A DNA stretch of 64,000 bases. Source: Nemertoderma westbladi (taxonomy: Eukaryota; Animalia; Xenacoelomorpha). The translations under genes were made by a program, and so were the position numbers. Under the pieces are notes generated by a model. It searched no databases. It was not told the origin of the DNA and saw only the letters and a program-made list of their open reading frames with translations. The stretch covers positions 1 to 64,000 of the forward strand of contig JAUCBJ010007776.1 of NCBI GenBank assembly GCA_032718475.1, written 5' to 3'. Of the stretch, positions 49,370 through 61,440 are shown one piece after another (within the stretch, counting starts at the first letter, position 1; the number at the start of each line of letters is the position of its first letter).

Positions 49370-51555
49370 TTTCAGTGATCCTCCCATTGGCATATTCTCT
49401 TTGAGAGATCCTTCCATTGGCCCATTCTCTTTAAGTGATCCTTCCATTGGCCTATTCTCTTTGAGCGATCCTCCCATTGGCCCATTCTCTTTAAGCGATC
49501 CTCCCATTAGCCCATTCTCTTTGAGCGATCCTCCCATTGGCATATTCTCTATGAGCGATCCTCCCATTCGCATATTCTCTTTGAGTGATCCTCCCATTAG
49601 CCCATTCTCTTTGAGAGATCCTTCCATTGGCCCATTCTCTTTAAGCGATCCTTCCATTGGCCCATTCTCTTTAAGCGATCCTCCCATTAGCCCATTCTCT
49701 TTGAGCGATCCTCCCATTGGCATATTCTCTATGAGCAATCCTCCCATTCGCATATTCTCTTTAAGCGATCCTCCCATTAGCCCATTCTCTTTGAGCGATC
49801 CTCCCATTGGCCCATTCTCTTTGAGCGATCCTCCCATTGGCCCATTCTCTTTAAGCGATCCTTCAATTGGCCCATTCTCTTTGAGCGATCCTCCCATTGG
49901 CCCATTCTCTTTGAGCGATCCTCCCATTGGCCCATTCTCTTTAAGCGATCCTTCCATTGGCCCATTCTCTTTGAGCGATCCTCCCATTGGCCCATTCTCT
50001 TTGAGCGATCCTCCCATTGGCCCATTCTCTTTAAGCGATCCTTCCATTGGCCCATTCTCTTTGAGCGATCCTCCCATTGGCCCATTCTCTTTGAGCGATC
50101 CTCCCATTGGCCCATTCTCTTTAAGCAATCCTCCCATTGGCCCATTCTCTTTGAGCGATCCTCCCATTGGCCCATTCTCTTTGAGCGATCCTCCCATTGG
50201 CCCATTCTCCTTGAGCGATCCTCCCATTGGCATATTCTCTTTAAGCGATCCTCCCATTGGCCCATTCTCTTTGAGCGATCCTCCCATTGGCCTATTCTCT
50301 TTGAGCGATTCTCCCATTGGCCCATTCTCTTTAAGCGATCCCCCCATTGGCCCATTCTCTTTGAGCGATCCTCCCATTAGCCCATTATCTTTGAGCGATC
50401 CTCCCATTGGCCCATTCTCTTTGAGCGATTCTCCCATTGGCATATTCTCTTTAAGCGATACTCCCATTGGCCCATTCTCTTTGAGCGATCCTCCCATTGG
50501 CCCATTCTCTTTGAGCGATTCTCCCATTGGCATATTCTCTTTAAGCGATCCTCCCATTGGTCCATTCTCTTCGAGCGATCCTCCCATTAGCCCATTCTCT
50601 TTAAGCAATCCTACCATTGGCATATTCTCTTTGAGCTATCCTCCCATTGGCCCAATCTCTTTGAGCGATTCTCCCATTGGCCCATTCTCTTTAAGCGATC
50701 CCCCCATTGGCCCATTCTCTTTGAGCGATCCTCCCATTGGCCCATTCTCTTTAAGCGATCCTCCCATTGGCCCATTCTCTTTGAGCGATCCTCCCATTGG
50801 CCCATTCTCCTTGAGTGATCCTCCCATTGGCATATTCTCTTTGAGTGATCCACGCATTGGCATATTCTCTTTGAGCGATCCTCCCATTGGCCCATTCTCT
50901 TTGAGCGATCCTCCCATTGGCCTATTCTCTTTTAGCGATCCTCCCATTGGCCCATTCTCTTTGAGCGATCCTCCCATTGGCCTATTCTGTTTGAGTGATC
51001 CTCCCATTGGCCTATTCTCTTTGAGCGATCCTCCCATTGGCCCATTCTCTTTGAGCGATCCTTCCATTGGCCCATTCTCTTTAAGCGATCCTCCCATTGG
51101 CCTATTCTCTTTGAGCTATTCTCCCATTGGCCCATTCTCTTTAAGCAATCCTCCCATTGGCCCATTCTCTTTGAGCGATCCTCCCATTGGCCCATTCTCT
51201 TTGAGCGATCCTCCCATTGGCCCATTCTCTTTGAGTGATCCTCCCATTAGCCCATTCTCTTTGAGCGATCCTCCCATTGGCATATTCTCTTTGAGTGATC
51301 CTCGCATTGGCATATTCTCTTTGAGTGATCCTCCCATTAGCCCATTCTCTTTGAGCGATCCTCCCATTGGCATATTCTCTTTGAGTGATCCTCGCATTGG
51401 CATATTCTCTTTGAGCGATCCTCCCATTGGCCCATTCTCCTTGAGCGATCCTCCCATTGGCATATTCTCTTTAAGCGATCCTCCCATTGGCCCATTCTCT
51501 TTGAGCGATCCTCCCATTGGCCTATTCTCTTTGAGCGATCCTCCCATTGGCCCAT
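49370..51555. repeat. 30-bp minisatellite (gatcctcccattggcccattctctttgagc), about 73 copies
   Basis: Strict 30-bp period with point variants. Confidence 0.97.
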
Positions 51556-53499
51556 CACCACGATAGCGCAGGCACTGCCGATCTGGTTACGAAGGAAGTG
51601 GAGAAAAATCGCTTTCTCCACACGGGAAAAGAAGGGTGCGGAACTGGGCCTAGAAGAGATGTCGAGCTTCCTCAACTACGAAGCCGAATTAATAACAGAT
51701 CCAGTCTATAGCGAGGATAGTTTGGGGAAGGCGCCAACGATTGAATACAACAGGCCTAAACCCGAACATAATCCGACAGACCCATTCTCGGGAGTGGGAG
51801 TCACTACCACATGCGGCCACACAGGGGACTGCTAGTCCACAGTTAGCTGGTAGTAGGGCCACACTGTGGCAGGTACAGAAAGAAAATAACACCACAAATA
51901 AACATAATCCCAACATACCCAGTAGGCCGAGTCTAGACAACCAAAACACTAAATCGGTACATATAAACCTACGCACGATATGTGAAGGACTATACAGGGA
52001 ACTCTATAATCCAGGATTCGAATGTCAATTACATCGGGACGGAACACATAAGACCATGAGTTGTAAGCACTGGCAAGCGTTGCCCAAACAAGATCGTATA
52101 GCCTACACAGATGCAAACGGACTATGTCATCGATGTGTGGTAGAAGGACACAGATCCGGAGAGTGTAGAGAAACAGCAGTTAGAGAGTCCGAGACTGGAG
52201 GCCAAACAATGGCTACAAGCACGACAGAAGAGGAGAAGAAGAGAAAAGTACTACTCGGGGTAGTACCAGTGAAGATATCAGGAGAGGGCGGTCGATCAGT
52301 AACGACATTAATGCTGGTCGACAGCGGAGCAGCCTTCACGCTGGTGGAGAACTGGGTGGCCGAAGAGATAGGGCTAAAGACGAGGCCCAATAGAATGGCG
52401 GTAACTACCGTCTCCTGGGGCGGAGCAGGATAGCAGCGATTATGGGGCGACGATTGACCCCATCCACGTCATAGAATCGATAAGTATCAACGCCAGGCGA
52501 CCAACCAACATTGAGGTCGAACAATATAGATTCCTGGACGGTATCGATTTTTCAATACCAAAGGTGGACGTTAGGAAGGTATCCATTATAGTAGGAATGG
52601 ACTGCCCAACGGCCCACGAGAGAACACAGACGGTCTTCGGCGAAGACAGGCAGCGGGACAAGACGGCGATCCTCACGCCGTTCGGATGGATGCTTAGCGG
52701 CCCAGTTAAAACCAAGATCCCATGCAGTGTGACAGAGATATCAGGGTGCATGCTACCAGGCACCGTAGACGCAGAGGACGAAGATAAGAAACCGGAGGAG
52801 TTAGTAGAGCCAAACAGGGAAGTAGAAGTAAGAGAGTGGGCGGAGGATAATGGATTTCCCAGCAAGTATCGGTATGGGGATGGAGACGAGCGGACGGCGA
52901 GATGTCCGGAGGACAACACACCGGATGAGTGTCCGGTGGAGTGTCAGGAGGACAATAGTCCGGAGGAGTGTCCGGAGGAGTGTCCGGAAGAGACGCCGGT
53001 CCGGTTGGGAGGCATACCGACAAGGGGGAAGTCGAGAAGGAAGACAGGATGGAAAGGGATAGGACTACTATTGTACCTTCTGTTTTGCCTGTTCTTTCAC
53101 TTTCTTTTCATTCTGCCGCCGGGAGATAACAAGGAGGGAGGTGGCATTTTGATGCCAGGAGACGAGATAGTTAAGAAGGCGGCAGAGAGACCCAATTTCG
53201 GGGTGGCAGAAGAGGGAGAACAAATTCCTGGTCAGTTGGAATTGGCGAAGAAAGCGTGGTGAAGAGTAAGAGGACGTATAGGAGGGCAGTGGGAGAGTGC
53301 CTACTGGAAGAAGGGGCACCTTAGAGTTTAGTCGTCCAATATTTTGGACTGAGGGGGGTGGGAATGAGGGCGAGACGCCCTTCCCGCAAGAAAATAATTG
53401 TTTAATTAAAAATAAATAAAAATAATTAAATAATAAATAGTTAGTAGAAGATAGTAAGGAGTTAGTAGTCAGATAGTTAGTAAGGTAGAAGAAGTAGGT

Positions 53500-54540
53500 T
53501 AGGTTAGAAGGCGCCGTGGTAAGGGAGTGTGGCATATTGCCATGCCATGAGTAGTAGTAGGGGGGTTGTGGGCACCGTAAGCGCCACGTAGAAGGAGAGT
53601 AGGTTAGAAGGCGGCGGGGTAAGGGAGTGTGGCATATTGCCATGCCACGAGTAGTAGTAGGGGGGTTGTGGGCACCGTAAGCGCCACGTAGAAGGAGAGT
53701 AGAGTTAGAAGGCGGCGGGGTAAGGGAGTGTGGCATATTGCCATGCCACGAGTAGTAGTAGGAGGGTTGTGGGCACCGGAAGCGCCACGTAGATAGAGGT
53801 AGTAGTGGAGGTGGAGAGTTAGAGGTAGTAGAGTAGTAGAGAGGGCACATAGGGTGCCAGGTAGTAGAGTAGTAGAGAGGGCACATAGGGTGCCGGGTAG
53901 TAGGGTAATAGAGAGGGCACATAGGGTGCCAGGTAGTAGAGTTAGAGGTAGTAGAGTAGTAGAGAGGGCACATGGGGTGCCAGGTAGTAGAGCTAGAGAG
54001 TTAGAGGTAGTAGCAGAGTAGAAGTAGTAGTAGAGTGGTTGTGGGCACCGCAAGCGCCACGTAGAGGGAAGTAGTAGTAGAATGGTTGTGGGCACCACAA
54101 GCGCCACGTAGATAAAGGTGGTAGCAGAGTTAGAGGTAGTAATAGGGTAAGAGTTAGTAGACTTAGAGGAGTCGAGTAGAGTTAGAAGTAGTAGCAGAGT
54201 AGAAGTAGTAGTAGAGTGGTTGTGGGCACCGCAAGCGCCACGTAGTAGAAGAGTTGGTAAGAATTAGAGAGAGTTAGTAGGAGTTAGTTAGTCTTAGTAG
54301 AGCTAGTTAGAGTCGGAGAGTTAGTGGAGTAGTAAGAGAGTTAGATAGTTAGCAAGTAAGTAGTAGGTAGATAGTATGATAGCATAGGGGTAGCATTAGA
54401 GATTAGGGCCTTAGGGAGTGGTAGAGAGTAGAGAGGAGTATGGAGAGAAGTTAGAGTGCGATTCAGGTGTGGGGAGAGAGTAAGAGTGGGGAGAGAGTAA
54501 GAGCGGAGTTAGAGTGAGAGATTAGAGTTAGAGTGGAGTG
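53500..54540. repeat. A/G-rich degenerate tandem repeats inside the second BEL element
   Basis: Recurrent gttgtgggcaccg.aagcgccacgtag and gtagtagag units. Confidence 0.85.
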
Positions 54541-55024
54541 CTTTTAAAATTGTGTGAGAGTCCACAATTGGCCCGACACAAGACGCCAGAGGGTAGTGAC
54601 ATCATACCCATAGGGAGCGGCCTGGAAAGCTGACTCCAAGAAAATAACTCCACCCCACACCCGATAGTAGATCGAGTTTCCAGCGGAATTGTAGCGCACT
54701 TAGTGGTTGATGCTATCTTCTCACCGGGAAGATAGCATGGGGGGGAGTGTGAGCGTATTCAATTCCGCCTCACTAACCCCATAAAGTGGGCGTTAAGCAA
54801 TATTGGGAACACGAGGTTGATTACCAATATCAACCTCGTGTCACCCCAACAAAGTGGGAAGGAGAAACCCCAAAGAACATACGCACAATAGGGGTCAGGG
54901 GTTACACCCCTGAGAGAGAGAGAATAGCAGGGGCGAAGGGAAGCACTTCAGGGGAGGTAAAAGGGCGACAACAGGGTTATTAGCCAATGGGGGGAAGGCA
55001 CCGTGCAATATATACTACCAGTTG

Positions 55025-57315
55025 TGTTAAACTAGCGCGTCACCTATACTAACAGCAGAACTGTTGAACAGACAAATACCGGTATACTTCTCTGCCAACC
55101 TAATGAGTTCTCGCCTAACCAATAAGACACAAAGACTGCTCTACTGTTAAGTAAAGGTGATCAGGAGCGTGCTATTACTAAAATGTAGGGCTGCTAAATA
55201 CAAAACCGCTACTTACCGTTGGATGGCGCTAATCTGCCGTCCTCTAATATATTTACTAAATTTACACGGCTCCTGCAAAATCGCTTGTTCCTTTCTCTAC
55301 CGATCGCTCGACAGAGAGCTAACTGTTCGAATCTATGAGCCACGTGGGAATAACCAAAACAATAAACCCGAGTCGGCTCCCTAAGCTTACTTAAGATGAG
55401 TGCGAGAGGCCTTGCACTCAGAGTATATTCTTACGCCTAATTTTACTATTGAAATACGATAATGCCTACGTCTTTTCTAATCGCGAATACTGGGGGTTCC
55501 CTAACGGAATGTGTGAATGCGAGAATATTTAAAATAATCAAAAATGGCGCAGTACACTGTCTTTGCGTGCGTAATACCGTTCTGGGTCTAAACTCGCCTG
55601 TAGCTGGCTTTAGGCCAGCAAATTACTAGTGTGTTGCGTACTGAATAATGCGATCTAGCTTATTGCCCGCTAATGCAAATAACCGCTCAGCGTGAATAGT
55701 TTACGGTACCCTAATTATTACCTTAGCTACTCTCCGCTATGCTGCGTACTAATTCTTAATTTTACTAATCAATTACAGTCACAAATGTATAACAGCGTAC
55801 TAATTACTAAGAGTTCCAGAATGCGTAATTCTAATTTATTACACAACCGGTTTCGCTAGTAATAGCCTAAAATACCGTATTACTTTGACCTAATCAGTAA
55901 TTATTTGTTGTAAACTATGAAATAGAAATCAATCAAAGGGAAAAGGGCGCCTACCTAAGCATTTGTAATCATAGGCACACTTCAGTAACACACCAATCAG
56001 CGTCAGCAATCACAGCTCGCAATTATGCAGTTCACTACTGTGTAGTCCACAGTTGTGCAATTCACTCTTCACACTTCACACTATAATACGCGCAGGCCTC
56101 TCCCGGGTACATCTAGGCTTCCTAACTAACCCAATTCCTGCCCCCCTAATGCTAAAATAGAGACAAAACCTGGATCATCAGCCCCTTAATTACTGTACCA
56201 GCGAATGGTCTGTATGCTACAGTGCAAAGCGCCCGACCGCAACGGTGACCCCCCGCCAGCGTTGCCCGCCTTTGAATCCTCCGCACTCCCTTCGTCGCTA
56301 ACCCCCCGATGCGCCCACCGCCTACCGGCACCTTAGCCCTCCATTAAAATGAATAGCTACCGTAGCGGCGCATGCAAATCACAAAGTCTGACAGTTTCAG
56401 AAAATCCCTTAGGATTATTGCGTCGAAAAGAATTACATAGAACCATTAACAAAAGGGGTAGAAATCATAGTTCCGATTGTAATTAGCAGTAATCGTTGGG
56501 ATTGATTGAGAAACACAAGTGAGAATAGTAACACTAACGAATCATTCCAAGAAATTAATCAAAAGTAGAAAATTGCAGAAAATACGCACAAAATTGTACT
56601 CCTAAAATAGTAGCAGGATGGAATGCGAATGGTTGTGGTGTGATGTGAATGAGACTGAGATTGTGATTGTACAGCTCTACCGGCAAACCGCCAATTTATA
56701 GGTGATTTGAGTGGGGTGATGCAATCGCTCTCTCATTGGCTCTCCAATCCGCGCTAGCATTAGACCAACCTGGAAGCAGTTAGTCCAATAAGAAAGCCGG
56801 ATTGTAGCCCTATTGCCCCCAAAACCCACAAAACGTCACCATATAAGGTAATTTTGCCAGTGCTTAATTTAGCGGTACTAATAACATGATGCACAAACAT
56901 TAATTTAGCGCAATTATAGAAAATTAAGACCCGTGATAGCTAGCCCCATCAAGGCTAATAACAGCAAGCCCATATCCAGGGTCCAACTGAACTTGCTACC
57001 CTGGAACTATCTACTTATATCCTATTACAAAATTACATAGGTAGGGCTACATACTATACAAAATGGATGAATTCAAATATATGGGCGTTTCAATTTCCTT
57101 ATCTAAATGTCACTGCGCTATTATGTCTTATCTAAATAATTGTACTGCATAACGGACTAATATGTGATACTATATAATGGACTAATATATTATACTGTAT
57201 AATGGACCAATATATTATACTGTATAATGGCTAATAATGTGTACTGCATAATAACTAATATCATGTATACAGTACAACGGCTAATAATGTGGATACAGCG
57301 CCATATACCGTAACA
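55025..57315 (-). mobile_element. 2291-bp solo LTR inserted into the LTR of the second BEL element
   Basis: Termini TGTTA...TAACA; 5-bp TSD AGTTG at 55020-55024 and 57316-57320. Minus-strand CCAAT and TATAAA (about 56694-56740) suggest the orientation, which is less certain than the boundaries. Confidence 0.8.
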
Positions 57316-57589
57316 AGTTGTGTATCATTCATTCAGTTATCTCATTCTGTTAGTCGGTTTAGTTAGGGCAGAGCGGTGACTTCTAATACCATCCACTGCC
57401 GCCATCATTCACCTATATCTTATACTGTAATAATTCAATGCTGCAATAACTGTTAACTGCAATAACTGTTGTAATTATATTATATCGTCAACAATATTAG
57501 AACTCTTAATCTGATAAACCCTTTTCACTCACACGGCGGGGACGCGTAATTGGAACAACCGGATAAATCGGGGTCGACCAATCCCGTCA

Positions 57590-60500
57590 CAGCATCTGTT
57601 TGCAGTGGTTGTCATGGAAACTGAAAAATAGAACAATGTAATTCGGATGCAGAATAAGTCATATAGTGGGGGTAGGGGTTAGTCCCAAGTCATAATACTA
57701 TTAACTTGTGCTTCAAATTATCATTTTATAAATTTTAACATCTGTTTAGACTTGTTGCTATGGTAACTGTATTTTCTAATTAACCTCAAACGGCTTGGAT
57801 ATGGATCTTATAGATGAGTTGCAAAACCCCAAGTTTATATATATTACAGTTTTGCTACAAATAGAGTTATCAATATAGATTTGAATGATATAGAGTTTAA
57901 TAAACTACAGTTACCATGGTAACTAAATTTCTGGAATAATTTAAGTTTCACTAAAAGTTCCAACTAGTGGTCCAGATAACACATACCCAGTTTTGTAAAA
58001 TTTTATCGTGAATAATCGAAGAATATGTTTTGAATAAAAACATATGTTTTCAGCGGTTGTCATGGTAACTGAAAAATAGAACAATGTAATTCGGATGCAG
58101 AATAAGTTATAAAGTGGGGGTAGGGGTTGGTCCCAAGTCGTAACTATACTGTTTTTGATGGTTTACAAATAATTTTTTGACGTATTTCTATTAATAAATA
58201 GAAATTGCATTATCAATTAAGTTTCCCCATTACAAATTGACAGTATTAAATATAGTAAATAATTATTCTATACAGAATACTAAATCATAGAAAGTTTGAA
58301 TTTCGCGCCCAACATTTTTAAAAAGGGACATGTCACTTTGTCATTCAGTCATTCGTCAGTTTTAATTATTAAGAATTATCTTTTGTGTTTTTCGTACTTA
58401 AGCAGACCAGCAGACTGATAACTGCAGTACTGCACCTGCACAACTGCACAACATCAACAACAATTTCTCATTTACCATTAATTATAATTATACCTGTTTA
58501 TCATAAATCTGTTATTGACTGTCTGACTGATTCAATTAAATTGTCCGCCTACAATCTGAAAACGGACAATTTTCAACATATGGCAGTAGGCCTATGGAAA
58601 TAACATACAGGATAATGGAGTAGTTTTACCGGGAGCGATCTGCCGGCGATTCCACAGGCGAGAGGGTATGAGATGAAGCAAAATCCGGCCAGTATACCGG
58701 TATAACAGTATAATGAACAGGGAAGTATAGCCTATCGCCCATTGGTAGGCCTGCAACACTACACTGGAAGGGGTTCAAAATTAAGCGAGGAACACTGGGG
58801 TTGATTTGGGGCAGGGGGGTGGGGTGAAATACAGAAATATTCCTTCGACGGCTGAGACGGTTATATGCTGAATAAGTAGGCCCTAGGATTTTTTTGATTT
58901 AATTAGTACATTTTGGATTAAAGATCGTATTACCGCATTAGATTATTGACCAGCCCAGCCCATTTCCAACCATTCCTAGTTTTGGGAGGGAATTGACAGT
59001 AAAAAATAGGTGCTTCGATTCTACATTTTCATTTGGGATTATTTGGGGGACTAACAATTCTGATTATATATATTTCTATCACTAGGCCGACTTTCGATTT
59101 TGGGGATCATTCACTGTCACACGGTGGGCTGGTTACCTATTTGATCATCCATAATAGACAGACTCCGCCCTTTTGGTAGTTTTGGTTGGTTCATTGGAAG
59201 TATTACAGTTTTGGAGAAGCCAAAATGACATTATTTGGAAATGGGACCTGCGTAAAAGCGGCTTATAGCCGATAATTAACGGAACTCGGCTGTCAGATTT
59301 CAATTTATATTTATTACAAAATTTGTCCTATAATATATTGAAAGTACTACGCTAAATCTAGATTACAATATAGCAAATTTAGCTAGACTCAGTCATGTGA
59401 TATTTAAATGTGGGTATCACCTTTTTGCCTTAATTAGCAGCAACATTTAGAACATTTCAGAAATATTAGTTTTGCCTTGGAGCGGGTGGTTTATTCAAAC
59501 GCTGTAGGATATTAGTAAGCAATCTATCTGAGTCAATTCGAATCAGTAGTCGGCTTACATTTCGTTGTTCAGTGTTTTTTGAGCACAGAACGCAACAATA
59601 ACACCTTGCCCTTAGGCCTCAAATTAACATTTTATAAATTTTAACATCTGTTTATCCCGGTTGCCAAGGTAACTGGATTTTCTATTTAACCTCAATCGTC
59701 TCTGCTATGGACCTTATAGTTGAGTTGAGAAACCCCAAGTTTATATCTATTATAGTTTTCCTACAAATAGAGTTATAAATATTGACTTGAAATACATAGA
59801 CTTTTTTTGAAGTCCGTTGCCATGGAAACCAGATTTTTCCTGGATATGAGACCCAGCACAAAAGATGCGCCTCGACGAGTAGTATATACATGCAAAATTT
59901 CAGGGTACTTTTAAAGGCTAGTTTTTTCACCGGTCAAAAAAACCAAATCTGCCTCATACAAGTAAAATAGCCCACTATGAATAGACCATCTCAGCTAAGG
60001 AAAATCTTTCTTAGCGAAAGTAGTTGATTTTCCTTAGCTTCGTGGACCCTAAATCTCGGCTGCATGGCCTGTATTAAAGGACGCCTTGAGCTATAGCATC
60101 CGCAGTTGATAACCCTTTTTTATACGCAAATTGAAATGTACTAGAAAGGCATTTCCTAAAGGAAATGCAACCACGAAGCTAAGGAAAATTAAACAAAGGG
60201 CCACAATTTGGTTTGTTGCTTAGCCTAGTTTAGTAGCATTTGCCAATAAATAACTTCTATTCCCATGGAAACTAGAATTCTCTGGAACTGTTGGTTTTAC
60301 CTTTGAAAAAAGATTCAGTCCATATTGTGGTTCAGATAACACATACCACGTTTCAGAAAATATTGTAGTTTATGTCCAACTACCGATTTTCTATCATAAT
60401 GCATCTGTTTGCAGTGGTTGTCATGGAAACTGAAAAATAGAACAATGTAATTCGGATGCAGAATAAGTCATATAATGGGGGTAGGTCTTGGTCCCAAGTC

Positions 60501-61408
60501 ATAATACTATTAACTTGTGTTTCAAATTATCATTTTAGAAATTTTAACATCTGTTTAGTCTTGTTGCTATGGTAATTGGATTGTGTAATTAACCTCGAAT
60601 GGATTGTATATGGACCTTACAGATGAGTTGCAAAACCCCAAATTTATATTTATTACATTATTTTGCTACAAATAGAGTATTGAATTTAGACTTGAATGAT
60701 ATAGACTTTAATAAACTCCAGTTACCATGGTAACAAGATATTTCTGGAATGTTTTGAGTTTTACTAAAAGTTCAAACTAGTGGTCCAGATAACACATATC
60801 CAGTTTCGTAAAATTTTATCGCGAAGTCTATGTCCAAATGAGTTATTTTTGTATAAAAACATCTGTTTTCAGCGGTTGTCATGGTAACTGCAAAATTAAA
60901 CAATGAAATTCGGACGCAGAATAAGTCATATAGTGGGGGTAGGGGTTGGTCCCAAGACATAACACCTTCTCCTTAGGCTTCAAATTAACATTTTGTAAAT
61001 TTTAACATCTGTCTAGCCCGGTTGCCAAGGCAACTGGATTTTCAATTGAACCTCAATCGGCTCTGCCATGGACCTTATAGTTGAGTTGAGAAACCCCAAG
61101 TTTATATGTATTATAGTTTTCCTACAAATAGAGTTATAAATATTGACTTGAAATACATAGACTTTTTTCTAAGTCCGTTGCCATGGAAACCAGATTTTTC
61201 CTGAATATGAGACCCATCCCACACGACGCGCCTCGATGAGTAGTACATACATGCAAAATTTCAGGGTACTTTTAAAGGCTAGTTTTTTCCCCGGTCAAAA
61301 AACACTAAATCTGCCCCACACAAGTAAAAGGGCCCACTATGAATACACCATCTCAGCTAAGGAAAATCTTTCTTAGCGAAAGTAGTCGATTTTCCTTAGC
61401 TTCGTGGA
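57590..61408. mobile_element. Cluster of non-autonomous elements with internal repeat modules and hairpin ends (Helentron/Helitron-like)
   Basis: 57592-58185 is repeated at 60401-60962, and about 59600-60047 at about 60960-61408. End hairpin agctaaggaaaatc...gattttccttagct followed by tcgtgg; the inverse ccacgaagctaaggaaaa is at 60171. Confidence 0.6.
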
Positions 61409-61440
61409 TCATCCGTTGTCACAGCATAAGTAAGCAACAT

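Larger units (their letters stand above)
51554..57493 (+). mobile_element. 5'-truncated, decayed BEL/Pao element (Gag C-half and protease, purine-rich spacer, PPT, 3' LTR interrupted by a solo LTR)
   Basis: Gag IAQALPIWLRRKW...DPVYS; zinc knuckles CQLHRDGTHKTMSC and CHRCVVEGHRSGEC; protease MLVDSGA; IIVGMDC..TPFGWML. Has a frameshift and a stop. PPT gggggggag then TGT at 54748; LTR ends cgtcaACA at 57493. Confidence 0.8.

Noticed and set aside
49364-51566. 419-721 aa ORFs of 10-residue repeats
   Set aside because: Products of the 30-bp minisatellite, open on both strands.
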